Assembly: GCA_963422735.1 (NCBI GenBank)
Contig: OY730476.1
Coordinates: 64,001-128,000 of the forward strand
Source of the DNA: Candidatus Latescibacterota bacterium
Lineage (GTDB): Bacteria > Latescibacterota > UBA2968 > UBA8231
DNA length: 64,000 nucleotides
Reading direction: 5' to 3'
Shown: positions 32,195 to 41,782 of the stretch, one piece after another
How the letters are laid out: every line of letters begins with the position of its first letter
Position numbering within the stretch: position 1 is the stretch's first letter
The notes under the pieces: generated by a model
Told to the model about the DNA's origin: nothing
The model's database searches: none
The model's input: only the letters and a program-made list of their open reading frames with translations
Program-made: the position numbers and the translations under genes

Positions 32195-32223
32195 GTCTTT
32201 GACGTCGATGCAGGATTCGGTGA
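32195..32223. repeat. 29-bp near-identical copy of the ferredoxin 5' coding sequence (8872-8900)
   Basis: gtctttgacgtcgatgcagg[a/t]ttcggtga, 28/29 identical. Confidence 0.85.
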
Positions 32224-32334
32224 AATTGTCATTGCCCAAGGGCGTCATGTCGCCTACTCGCACAAAGGAGTTAATCCCGTGCTCATCCTTGCCCATATCG
32301 CCATCGTCTGCAATCCAGACAGCCGCTGAACGCC

Positions 32335-32925
32335 TTGTCCAACTACTACGAGCCAGGCCCGCTGGTCCTGTTGCAACGTCCGGTAGCTCTCATCGGCTTC
32401 TTGGGAGTTGACCAACACAGCTTGGGCCGCGATTTGGCCGCCTTGAGTGGCCTGCCCCTCATCGAAGTGGATCACTGGATCGAACACGAGGCCGGCCAGT
32501 CTCTGGTTCCCCTCGTGCAGACGCAGGGCATAGAGGCCCTGCGCCAATTAGAGAACCGCTTTCTCGCCCAAGCACTGGTCTCTAGTCCGCCTGGGGTCGT
32601 CGTCTTGGGCGATGGGGCGCTGCTCAAAGAAGCCAACCTCCGGCAGGTGCTGGACAAAGCGACGTTGGTGTATCTCAAATTATCGCTGGCTAGTACCTAT
32701 TGGAAGGTGCGCCATCAAGCCCTAGAAACGCCGCGATGGCCGCATCCACTGCTGCTGCAACCGCCCGAAAATACGGCGCAACTCAGGCCGCTGTTGGCCG
32801 AGCGCCAAATCGGCTTTGACCAAGCCCATGTAACGTTGGATATGGACGAGATGACTCCGGAGGTGGCCCTGCGCCACTTGTTGGATAAACTGCCCCAATG
32901 GGGGATAGCGAGGCCCTTATCTTAG
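32335..32925 (+). CDS. Shikimate kinase-like protein with a degenerate P-loop
   Basis: VALIGFLGVDQHSLGRDLA, IEVDHWIEHEAGQS, GIEALRQLE, VVVLGDGA, LVYLK, LLAERQ. Confidence 0.75.
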   Translation: MSNYYEPGPLVLLQRPVALIGFLGVDQHSLGRDLAALSGLPLIEVDHWIEHEAGQSLVPLVQTQGIEALRQLENRFLAQALVSSPPGVVVLGDGALLKEANLRQVLDKATLVYLKLSLASTYWKVRHQALETPRWPHPLLLQPPENTAQLRPLLAERQIGFDQAHVTLDMDEMTPEVALRHLLDKLPQWGIARPLS

Positions 32926-33001
32926 GATTGCCCTACCTCGCCTCCAGCGGTACTTTCTTGGCCGAAATCGCCCTTGTTCCCATCATCTCAGGAGACTTCT
33001 C

Positions 33002-34483
33002 ATGTTAGACCCGCAGTACCTCCTCAGCGACGAGGAGATGCAGCAGTTTATAGCCGAGGGCTGTCTCACGCTCAAATCCTCGCTGCCCGCCTCCCTCCAC
33101 CGAGACATCTATCAGCGCACCGAAGAGGTCTTTGCCAAGGAGGGCAATCCCGGCAACAACATCCTGCCCCGCCTCCCGAGGTTGCAACAGGTCTTTGACG
33201 ATCCAGTCATACGCGGTGCCCTCACTTCGGTGGTAGGGCCGGATTACATCATGCACGCCCACCGTCACTGCCACATCAATCGGCCCGGCAGCCAGGGCGG
33301 CGGCTGGCACAAGGATAGCTATTGGGGCTATCGCAAGGTGCGCTATCACCGCAATCGCTGGGTGATGATCTTCTACTACCCACAAGACGTCACTTTGGAA
33401 AACGGCCCCACCGCCGTCATGCCCGGCACTCACTACTATAACGACCGCGCAGCCGACGAGAAGGACGAGCGCCACTTGCCGGTCTGCGGCGAAGCTGGTA
33501 CCTGCACCTTAGTGCATTTTGACTTGTGGCACCGGGCCATGCCCAACAGTACGGACGCCAACCGCTACATGATGAAGTTCCAATTTACCCGCCTCAGCGA
33601 GCCGAGCCGGCCCACTTGGAACATCCAAGCCCCGGGGTGGCCGGCCAACGGCTCTGTGCCCTCTGTCAAGCATCGAGTCGTGTGGTCGCGGATATGGGAT
33701 TGGCACGCAGGCACCCAAAGTCGCGCCGAGGTCAGCGGGCAAATCGAGCAACTGATCGAGTCCCTTAACGGGACGTTGGAACAACGCTTGGCCGCGACCG
33801 ACGCCCTCGGCGGGTTAGGGGAAAAAGCCGCTCCCGCACTAGACGCGCTGCTCGGCGCGCTGGGCGATGAGGCCGAGGGCGTGCGCCTCAACGCCGCCTA
33901 TGCGCTCGGTGCAATGGGTGCGGCCGCAGTAGGCCCTTTGCTTATAGCTCTCGACGACGTGCGCGAGCACGTGCGCGAACACGCGGCCTATGCGCTCGGT
34001 GCGATGGGGGAGGAGGCAGTAGAAGCCTTGGTTGCGGTCCTCGGCGATGAGTGCGCCCACGTGCGGGGTTTTGCCGCGTACGCGCTGGGCGACATGGGGG
34101 CGCGGGCAGGTGCTGCGGCTGCGACCGCCCTGTGTGAACTGAGCGACGACCCAGACATACAGGTGCGGCGCAACGTGGCCGAGGCCCTCGGAACCATTGA
34201 GCTGAATCCAGAAGCGTCCGTGCCCGCGTTGGCCGCGCTGCTGGCGGACGAGGACGAGCAAGTGCGCTTCAACGCCGCATACGCGCTGGCCCACTTCGGC
34301 CCGACGGCCGCGTTGGCCACGGCCGCGTTGGCTGAGGCTCTCAGCGACGAGAATCGCTACGTCCAGGGGCACAGCACGGCGGCCCTGCAACAGATTGGAA
34401 CGCCCCAAGCTCAAGGCGTATTGCTGCACCATTTGACGGCGGCGCGCTGGTGCTCCATAACGACCAAGGAGACCACGTTCTGA
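33002..34483 (+). CDS. Phytanoyl-CoA dioxygenase (PhyH) family domain fused to HEAT/PBS-lyase repeats
   Basis: WHKD (HxD), NGPTAVMPGTH, LWHRA..N...R; repeated VRxxAAYALG. Confidence 0.9.
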   Translation: MLDPQYLLSDEEMQQFIAEGCLTLKSSLPASLHRDIYQRTEEVFAKEGNPGNNILPRLPRLQQVFDDPVIRGALTSVVGPDYIMHAHRHCHINRPGSQGGGWHKDSYWGYRKVRYHRNRWVMIFYYPQDVTLENGPTAVMPGTHYYNDRAADEKDERHLPVCGEAGTCTLVHFDLWHRAMPNSTDANRYMMKFQFTRLSEPSRPTWNIQAPGWPANGSVPSVKHRVVWSRIWDWHAGTQSRAEVSGQIEQLIESLNGTLEQRLAATDALGGLGEKAAPALDALLGALGDEAEGVRLNAAYALGAMGAAAVGPLLIALDDVREHVREHAAYALGAMGEEAVEALVAVLGDECAHVRGFAAYALGDMGARAGAAAATALCELSDDPDIQVRRNVAEALGTIELNPEASVPALAALLADEDEQVRFNAAYALAHFGPTAALATAALAEALSDENRYVQGHSTAALQQIGTPQAQGVLLHHLTAARWCSITTKETTF

Positions 34484-35733
34484 GCGAATCGCGTGTGAAG
34501 GCTCGGGTCCACCAATACATCGAGAAGCACCAAGAGCAGTTGCTCGGCAACGCGCAGGCACTAGTCCGCGTGGATACCATCAATCCGCCGGGGCATAACT
34601 ACCAAGTGCTGACCGACGCGCTCTTGGGGCGCTGTCAGGGCTTGGACATGCAGGCCAAAGTCCACCGCGTCCCAGACCAAGAGGTGCGCCGCGTGCTCGG
34701 CTCGGACGAGTTTTCGCGCTACAACCTGATTGCTCGTTGGGACGCTGGCCGGCCGCAGAGGGTGCATTTTAACGCCCACTACGATGTGGTGCCCTGCGCC
34801 GGGCAGTGGAAATTCGGCGACCCTTTCGAGCCAGGGCTCGCCGCCGGTGCGCTCTACGGCCGCGGTGCCGGGGACATGAAAGGGTCGATCGCCGCGTTGC
34901 TGATGGCCGTGGAGGCGCTCAAGGCAGCGGGTGCTGAGCCGGCTTTCAACATTGAGTGTTCGTTCACGGCCGACGAGGAGACTGGTGGCCAATTGGGCGC
35001 GGGATGGATTGTAAACAAGGGGTTAGTGAATGCCGATTTCGCGGTCGTCTGCGAGGGAGCGGCCGGGACGCAGGTCGGCTGCGGTCACAACGGCGTGTTG
35101 TGGTTGGAGGTCGAGCTAACGGGCAAGGCTGCCCACGCCTCTAGGCCCGAGCAAGGGGTCAATGCCTTTGAGGCCATGGCGGATGTGGTGCAAAAGCTAC
35201 AAGCCTACAAGACGCAACTCAACGCAGCCGAGCGCCGCTATGTGGACTTCGATGGCGAGGTGCGCAACCCCACGCTCAACATCGGTGGAACGTTCTCGGG
35301 CGGGGAAGGCGATAAAGTAAACACCGTGCCCGCCCGCGCCCGCTTTTCGCTGGACCGCCGCTTGGTGCCCGGCGAGCAGATCGCGGCCGTCGAGCGCGAG
35401 CTGAGACGCGCTGTGGAGCGGGCTGCCGAGCCACCCTGCCGAGTGGCAGTGCCTTTGCGGATTGAACCTTGCGTCGTCGATGCCGATCACGCGTTGCCCC
35501 AGGCCTTTGCACGGGCCGTGCAAGCTGTGCGCCGCCGCGCCGCTGGCTACCGGCTCAGCTCTGGCTTTACGGATTTGCACTACTTTGCGGTTGCCGGTGG
35601 CCTGCCCGGCATTGGCTATGGCGTAAAGGGCGAGCGCATTCACGGGATAGATGAGCGCGTGCGGGTGCGCGACTTGGTGTTGACGGCCCGCACGTACGCC
35701 GAGTTTATGCTGCGCGGCTTGGAGGTCCATTGA
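34480..35733 (+). CDS. M20 family metallo-amidohydrolase (ArgE/DapE-like)
   Basis: NAHYDVVP, LYGRGAGDMKG, ADEETGG, GKAAHAS, HGIDERV; start uncertain (CTG 34480 after aaggag, or GTG 34495). Confidence 0.9.
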   Translation: MSESRVKARVHQYIEKHQEQLLGNAQALVRVDTINPPGHNYQVLTDALLGRCQGLDMQAKVHRVPDQEVRRVLGSDEFSRYNLIARWDAGRPQRVHFNAHYDVVPCAGQWKFGDPFEPGLAAGALYGRGAGDMKGSIAALLMAVEALKAAGAEPAFNIECSFTADEETGGQLGAGWIVNKGLVNADFAVVCEGAAGTQVGCGHNGVLWLEVELTGKAAHASRPEQGVNAFEAMADVVQKLQAYKTQLNAAERRYVDFDGEVRNPTLNIGGTFSGGEGDKVNTVPARARFSLDRRLVPGEQIAAVERELRRAVERAAEPPCRVAVPLRIEPCVVDADHALPQAFARAVQAVRRRAAGYRLSSGFTDLHYFAVAGGLPGIGYGVKGERIHGIDERVRVRDLVLTARTYAEFMLRGLEVH

Positions 35734-36470
35734 GCGAAAACCTGCAACGCTTCTTGTGGACGGCGTACGACCGTTTGGGCGGGCTGGTGGGCTACAACTT
35801 GCTGTGGAGCGCGTTGAGCCTGCCTTGGATCGGCGGGGCCTACCTGCTTTTGCAGCTGGGGTTTGGGCTGGGCGGCTTGGGCTTGATGGGGGCTGTCGTC
35901 TTAGCTGGTACCTTGCTGTTGAGCTCACCGGCCACGGCGATGCTTTTCGCCGCTGGGGCGGCTTGGGTGCAGGGCAGGGACTTTGGCCTGCGAGAGTTCT
36001 GGGCGGCTGGCCGCGCGCTTTTTTGGCGCGCCCTCGCGCTGGGGTTGCTGATGGTCGCCGCTGTCGCACTGGTACTGGCCAACGTGGTTTTTTACCAGCA
36101 GATCGGCGGCTGGCTGGGGGTGTTTTTGGGTGGGCTGATGGTCTGGTTTCTGCTGCTGGTGGGCATGGTCGCAGTGTATGTTTTTCCGGTGCTGGTCACT
36201 CAGGAAGGGTCGGTGTGGGCCACGGTGCGCTACAGCTTTCTCCTGTCGGTTGATAATGTAAAGCTCTCGCTAGTTTTTCTACTGAGTGCAGGCTTGGCTT
36301 TGGGCCTTGGCGTCGCTTCTGGAGTGGGTTTGTTCTGCGGCGGCTTGGCGGCTTGGGCCCTGTGGATCAGCGTCGGCTTTCGTGCACTCTTGCCCAAGTA
36401 CACAGGCCAGTCTCTGCCCAGTGAAGCCCCGCGCCGGCTGCGCGAACTAATTCGCCCTTGGGAGGCTTGA
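35730..36470 (+). CDS. Integral membrane protein (DUF624/YesL-like)
   Basis: Several hydrophobic helices; NLLW, PATAML, YVFPVL patterns. Confidence 0.7.
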   Translation: MSENLQRFLWTAYDRLGGLVGYNLLWSALSLPWIGGAYLLLQLGFGLGGLGLMGAVVLAGTLLLSSPATAMLFAAGAAWVQGRDFGLREFWAAGRALFWRALALGLLMVAAVALVLANVVFYQQIGGWLGVFLGGLMVWFLLLVGMVAVYVFPVLVTQEGSVWATVRYSFLLSVDNVKLSLVFLLSAGLALGLGVASGVGLFCGGLAAWALWISVGFRALLPKYTGQSLPSEAPRRLRELIRPWEA

Positions 36471-36473
36471 GCA

Positions 36474-38036
36474 TTGGACTTGCCCAAACTGGTAACGGGC
36501 CGAGAAATGGCTGCGGTCGATCGGCGCACCATCGCCGAGGCGGGCATCCCCAGTGCCGAACTCATAGAGCGGGCCGGTACAGAGGTGGTTGCGGCCATTG
36601 CAGCGCGTTGGGATGGGTTGGCCGGTTTGCAGGTCGTGGTGCTGTGCGGGAAAGGCAACAATGGTGGCGATGGGTTTGCCGTGGCGCGGCTCTTGCGCGC
36701 TGGCGGTGGTTCGGCGCGCGTCTTCCTCGCGGCAGACCGCGCTGCCGTACAAGGGGCCGCAGCCGAGCACTTGCGGCGTTGCGAACAGGCGGGCTGTGCT
36801 ATCGAAGTGATCGGCGAGGATGTAGCTCCGCTCGACGCCGCCCTCCGCGAAGCCGACTTGGTGATTGACGCGCTTTTGGGGACCGGATTGCGAGGGGCAC
36901 CCCGTCCCTCCATTGCGCGCGTCATTGCGCGCATTGCCCATTGTGCGCGGCCGGTAGTGGCCGTGGATATCCCCTCGGGGGTCGAAGCCGACACCGGGCG
37001 GGTCCACGGCGCGGCCGTTCAAGCGATGCTGACGGTGACTTTCGGATTGGTCAAAGTCGGGCAGTTGTTCTACCCCGGCCGGTCGCATTGCGGTGCATTG
37101 CACTTGGCCAATATCGGCTTCCCCGAGTTCATTCTGTGCGATGCGGTTGCCCAAGCTCTGCTGCTTTCCGCCGAAGGGGTGGGGCCTTTAGTGCCTCGGC
37201 GTCGTGGCGACGAGCACAAGGGAAGCTGCGGGACAGTGGCCGTGGTCGCGGGTTCGGTGGGCATGACCGGAGCGGCCGCACTGACGGCGGATGCCGCGCT
37301 CAGGAGCGGGGCCGGCCGCGTCCATCTAGGAGTGCCGGCAAGTCTCAACGACGTTCTCGAAATCAAGCTCTCTGAGGTGATGACCCGGCCGTTGCCTGAA
37401 GTGCGCAAGCGGCGCTGTTTGTCGCTGCGGGCCTTGGGCGCGGTGTGCGCTATGTTGACGCGAGCCGATGTCTTGGGATTGGGGCCGGGTTTGGGGTGCT
37501 ATCGAGAGACCGAGGAACTGGTGCGACGGTTGGTGTTGCAAGCCGAACTGCCCCTCGTTCTGGATGCGGACGGACTGAACTCTTTCGCCGGGCGAGCCGA
37601 TGCCCTAAAGGACCGCTCGGCACCGCTGGTCCTCACGCCCCATGTGGGCGAGTTAGCCCGCTTGAGCGGGTTGGACAAGCGGCAGATTGTCGACGCGCCC
37701 ATGGCCGTGGCCCGCGACTTTGCCGGCGAATTCGGCGCGACGCTCGTGTTGAAGGGCGCACCGACCGTCGTGGCTTTGAGCGATGGGCGCGTGGCGGTCA
37801 ACTCCACGGGCAATGCGGGCATGGCCACGGCCGGGTCGGGCGACGTGCTGACCGGGATCATCGCCGGGTTGATGGCCCAAGGGCTAGGTGCGGAGGCTGC
37901 GGCCTGTCTCGGAGTCTACGTCCACGGCCGGGCCGGCGATCGGGCGGGCGAGCGGCTGGGGGAATGGGGGATGCGGGCGGGCGATATAGCCGACGAAATC
38001 GCCTTGGCCATGGTGGATGCGGCGCGATCTGCTTGA
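36474..38036 (+). CDS. nnr: Bifunctional NAD(P)H-hydrate epimerase/dehydratase
   Basis: CGKGNNGGDG, DALLGTG, AVDIPSG, HKGSCG, LDADGL, LTPHVGE, MATAGSGDVLTG. Confidence 0.95.
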   Translation: MDLPKLVTGREMAAVDRRTIAEAGIPSAELIERAGTEVVAAIAARWDGLAGLQVVVLCGKGNNGGDGFAVARLLRAGGGSARVFLAADRAAVQGAAAEHLRRCEQAGCAIEVIGEDVAPLDAALREADLVIDALLGTGLRGAPRPSIARVIARIAHCARPVVAVDIPSGVEADTGRVHGAAVQAMLTVTFGLVKVGQLFYPGRSHCGALHLANIGFPEFILCDAVAQALLLSAEGVGPLVPRRRGDEHKGSCGTVAVVAGSVGMTGAAALTADAALRSGAGRVHLGVPASLNDVLEIKLSEVMTRPLPEVRKRRCLSLRALGAVCAMLTRADVLGLGPGLGCYRETEELVRRLVLQAELPLVLDADGLNSFAGRADALKDRSAPLVLTPHVGELARLSGLDKRQIVDAPMAVARDFAGEFGATLVLKGAPTVVALSDGRVAVNSTGNAGMATAGSGDVLTGIIAGLMAQGLGAEAAACLGVYVHGRAGDRAGERLGEWGMRAGDIADEIALAMVDAARSA

Positions 38037-38061
38037 CATGTTTAGGGCGATGCTGTACTGT
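38033..38061 (+). promoter_or_regulatory. sigma70-type promoter
   Basis: TTGACA (38033-38038), 17 nt, TACTGT (38056-38061), upstream of the 38126 ORF. Confidence 0.65.
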
Positions 38062-38125
38062 GGAAACGGGGTGCCGGGGTAGGCACTTCTTGGCTTTTGC
38101 ACACTTAATTTACAGGGCTTGCGTT

Positions 38126-38620
38126 ATGGCCGACGTCAAAGATGCCATTGAAGAAATGATCGAAGAGTCGTACTTGCTGGGGCTTTCGGAAGACGAGATC
38201 CTCGCGGATTTCAGCCGCTTTATCGATACCTGCTATACCGTTATTCAGGACAATGTAAAAAGCCGCGAAGCCCTTAGCTGCTTGGCCGGGAATTTGGCGC
38301 GGGAGAAGACCAGTACTCGCAGCGCCGATCGTTCCACCGCGCTGGGCAAGGTCGCGGCCAAGGACGCCCAGCGAGCCTGCGCTGAAAAAGCGGCGCGCCG
38401 CAAGCGCATGGTCCTAAAGGCCATTGCCGACTACGACCCCCACCTCGTCCTCCTCATCAACGAGCAGCGCTTTCAGGTAGATATCAAGGAAGAAGTGGCG
38501 CCCCCCAAGCTCAAGGTCCGTCAGGGTCGCGATTGGGAGCACTACGGCCAGCTCTTGCTCAAAGCCGGCTACACCACTGTAATCGCGCTCATCTTATTCC
38601 TCATATATTTAAGGTTTTAA
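38126..38620 (+). CDS. Hypothetical protein with one C-terminal transmembrane helix
   Basis: 164-aa ORF MADVKDAIEEM...VIALILFLIYLRF with its own promoter. Confidence 0.7.
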   Translation: MADVKDAIEEMIEESYLLGLSEDEILADFSRFIDTCYTVIQDNVKSREALSCLAGNLAREKTSTRSADRSTALGKVAAKDAQRACAEKAARRKRMVLKAIADYDPHLVLLINEQRFQVDIKEEVAPPKLKVRQGRDWEHYGQLLLKAGYTTVIALILFLIYLRF

Positions 38621-38744
38621 CCGTTTGCACCTGAAATTTGGACTGTGGTCTGTGCAGATACGGCACCAGCGCAAATTCGCGTAAATCTATAGCCAGTATA
38701 GCCAAAATTTGCCTTTGTTGAGGTTCCGCAAATTCGCAATAACT

Positions 38745-39328
38745 ACGGATTTACTGCCCGATTTTATCCGCCAGCACTACGAAGTCCACCAGTGGAAGTA
38801 CGCCTGGGCTATTATTGAACGAGGACTTTCCCGATGAGTGGAACGACATCCTTGCGGTCTTGCAGGAGTTTCGTCTTAGAAAAAGCTGGATAGTGAATCA
38901 TGGTGGCCGGAAATCCGCGATTTCGTCTTTCATTGACAATTATCTATACGAAAGAGCTTGGCAAGAAAAGGAATTCTCAACGAGGGTTGTAATAGACGAA
39001 GCTAGCCGCGATACGCCAACGTACAAAATAGACTGTTTCCGCAATCGAGTGGCTCTCGAAATAGAATGACACAACAAGGATCCATTCCACGACCGGGGCT
39101 TGAATAACTTCAGGCTTCTTTTCGATCTTCTTGCCATTAGCGTCGGGGCATTGCCCTTCGGTGCGATGAACTCCAGGACCTCTTCAATGCCCTGAACAAA
39201 GGGCCGTCTTACGGGGCATCGACAACGCATATAAGCAAGTTACTTCTGCGAATCGAAGGAGGCGGAGGGGCGGCTGTCCCATCTTGGTGTTCGGCATCTC
39301 GAAAAAGCTGTATATAGAGGATGAGTGA
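38745..39328 (+). pseudogene. BglII/BstYI-family type II restriction endonuclease, inactivated
   Basis: ACG at the expected start; GGRKS.IS, TPTYKIDCFRNRVALEIE*HNKDPF..NNFRLLFDL, YGASTTH, CPILVFGI; stop and frameshifts. Confidence 0.85.
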
Positions 39329-39686
39329 ATGACCGCAGCCAACGATTTGCTTGCCTCAGTCGGCGAGCGGAAGTTTTCGACCCTTCTCGCCGATCCGCCG
39401 TGGCAGTTCCACAACCGGACGGGCAATATGGCACCAGAACACCGGCGTCTGTCTCGGTATTCGACCATGGCTTTGCAGGACATTGAGTGCTTGCCGATCG
39501 AATCGATTGCCGAGGAAACCGCGCATCTGTACTTGTGAATACCCAACGCGCTATTGGCGCACGGGCTGCAAGTGATGGATCGTTGGGGATTCAACTACAA
39601 GACGAACATCGTCTGGTACAAGGGGCGAAAAGACGGCGGACCGGACCGGCGGGGCGTGGGATTCTACTTTCGCAATGTGACGGAAA
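39329..39686 (+). pseudogene. MT-A70 family DNA adenine methyltransferase, nonsense-mutated and 3'-truncated
   Basis: [53 protein letters not shown], then an abrupt junction. Confidence 0.88.
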
Positions 39687-40025
39687 TCGGCCACGATTAT
39701 GACCGATCCAGAGGTGGCTCATCGGACCTACATTGAGCCGATCACGCCGGAGATTTTCGCGCGGATCATCGCCGTGGAAAAGCCGCAGGCCCTGCTGCCG
39801 ACGCTTGGAGGCCAAACCGCGCTCAACGCGGCGGTGGCCTTGGCCGAAAGCGGTACCCTCTCCGAGCACGGCGTCGAGATGATCGGCGCTCGGATCGAGG
39901 CTATCAAGATGGCCGAAGACCGCGAGTGCTTCAAAGCGGCTATGGGCCGGGTTGGACATGCCTCGCGGATCTTTTGTCCACAGTCTTGAAGAGGCGCAAA
40001 AGAACCAAGCTGAATTGGAATCGCC
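39685..40025 (+). pseudogene. carB: Diverged partial copy of carB (matches about 42093-42440)
   Basis: [21 protein letters not shown]...[13 protein letters not shown]; 5-nt deletion near 39947 shifts the frame; many synonymous differences. Confidence 0.9.
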
Positions 40026-40105
40026 CAAGGCTGTAAAACCTGTGGCTGCGGCCCGCTTAGGTATATATCCCCATGGCTAGACGAAAGATGTGGTAGGACC
40101 AGTTA

Positions 40106-40378
40106 GTGTGGATGAGTGATGATGAGGCAGTGGGTGGCGGCGGTAAGCACTGTACAGCCGACTGCTACATTCAATGGGGTTGCGATTCCTGTAAGGGTCG
40201 AAGTTGCTTTTTTATCCTTTTTGTTCTGGTTTGCCGCACTGTCTGCAATGATACAGGCGGAATAGGATGTCTCTATGGAGAAGACCATAGAAATGCTAAC
40301 TGTGCCCATCGGTGTCAGGGAGTTGTTTGTGGTGCAACCTCTGCGTGTTCATGCACAGTCGGTCTATGTTATTGTTAG
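40106..40378 (+). CDS. Small cysteine-rich protein (15 Cys in 90 aa), possible peptide precursor
   Basis: MSDDEAVGGGG-KHCTADC...CSCTVGLCYC; start GTG 40106 or ATG 40112; stop 12 nt before the next gene. Confidence 0.6.
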   Translation: MWMSDDEAVGGGGKHCTADCYIQWGCDSCKGRSCFFILFVLVCRTVCNDTGGIGCLYGEDHRNANCAHRCQGVVCGATSACSCTVGLCYC

Positions 40379-40390
40379 AAAGGCGAGACA

Positions 40391-41269
40391 ATGTCAATCT
40401 CCAAAAAGCTATTTTACTGTCTATTTACGCAGATACTTTGCCTTGTTGGACACGGAGAGGCACAAAAGACTAGGCCAAGCACGATAACGATCTATGATAG
40501 CAATGAGGTTCCCCATCTGATGCTGGAGCCTCTTCCATGGCCTTCAAGTCTCGATTTGCCTGATCTACAAGAGGAACTGGAAAGAGAGGACTTTGCTGCG
40601 TGTGAGACGAAACTCCTTGGAGTATTATCTCAGGTGGGCAGTGGCTCAAAAGCCGAGGCTGCTGTGTATAACGCGTTAGGTTCCTTTGCGATGGCTCAAG
40701 CGGATATTTCCTCTTCAGAAGCCGAGGAGTTGCTCCATATTCATAGGGCAGCTAACTATTTCTCAAAGGGCGATTCAATAGCAAGTTATAGGCCTATTGA
40801 ACTTAGGATCCACCGGGCACACCTTATCCACAACGGAGCAGATACACTGCACCGCTTGGGAAAAGTCCAAGAAGCTCTCCTGAAAACCGAGGAGTTACTG
40901 CATGGCTTTGAAGGAGTAGGAACTGGTCGCATGAAGGATGCGTTGGTTGCCAGAGCCCTCCAAAAGGTAGCGATGCTTCGCCGGGCATTGGGACATGACA
41001 ATCAGTCAGTTGCATCGTTTCTAGACAGCCACACGGATCATACGAGCGAGTTGGTGGCCCTAGTCGCCAAGAGGGAGTTTCTGAGAACACAACTACATAC
41101 GGGAGATATCGATCATGCCCAGACCAGACTCGATCAAATGAAGTCTGAGTACGCGGGAAGAGATTCAGTCGGTCACCTATCGGTCGTCAGCATAATCCAA
41201 TTATTTGACGGTATGATCGAGAGCATCAGTGAGACTGGAAAGGCGGCTACTCCGACGCACGAGCATTGA
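40391..41269 (+). CDS. Hypothetical exported helical (TPR-like) protein
   Basis: Signal-peptide-like N-terminus (GEA-Q); helical patterns YNALG, HNGADTLHRLGKVQEAL; lower GC. Confidence 0.65.
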   Translation: MSISKKLFYCLFTQILCLVGHGEAQKTRPSTITIYDSNEVPHLMLEPLPWPSSLDLPDLQEELEREDFAACETKLLGVLSQVGSGSKAEAAVYNALGSFAMAQADISSSEAEELLHIHRAANYFSKGDSIASYRPIELRIHRAHLIHNGADTLHRLGKVQEALLKTEELLHGFEGVGTGRMKDALVARALQKVAMLRRALGHDNQSVASFLDSHTDHTSELVALVAKREFLRTQLHTGDIDHAQTRLDQMKSEYAGRDSVGHLSVVSIIQLFDGMIESISETGKAATPTHEH

Positions 41270-41324
41270 AACAAGTGGCGGCATTTTCAGACAGAAAGCT
41301 AAGTTGAAAGGAGTGGACAGCTCA

Positions 41325-41782
41325 ATGAGTCGTCGTCGATTCGACAGAGGAATGCTTCTTTATGCTGCACTGGTAGTAAGTGCTGCTAGCGGCGTCAACT
41401 CTCAGCCTAATGTGGCACAAGTACGGTTGGGGTTCGGAGAAAACAGGCTACCGATCCGCATATATATGTAGGGCGATGCCTTTTCGCGCTTGAACGTAAC
41501 GGCGAGGCGATTACCTTTCTAAACACAGGCTTATCTCTCAAAGCTCTCGTTCGGGAGCACTTTGACTTGGCTGTGCCGTTACTGGTCAGAGCACATGTTT
41601 CAAACGGGATGCCGGTTCGCGGAGCTGAAATCCTCTCAGAATTTTCTTCAAAAATGTCTCCTGAGGTTCATGCTGGCACTATCTCCGCTCTCAGGACGGA
41701 GTCCGACCGAATAGACCTATATGCTCACGGCCGACTGCGGTGCCGAGATGCCCGATGGGGCCAAGGCGGCCGAGTGATCTGA
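41325..41782 (+). pseudogene. Disrupted exported hypothetical protein
   Basis: aaaggag upstream, signal peptide MSRRRFDRGMLLYAALVVSAASG, early TAG at 41469, downstream fragment in another frame. Confidence 0.4.

Noticed and set aside
39067-39538. TGA at conserved Trp positions in both R-M genes, suggesting TGA=Trp recoding
   Set aside because: Other Trp codons in the same genes are TGG, the genes also have frameshifts, and TGA ends many intact genes here. Simple TGG>TGA transitions explain it.
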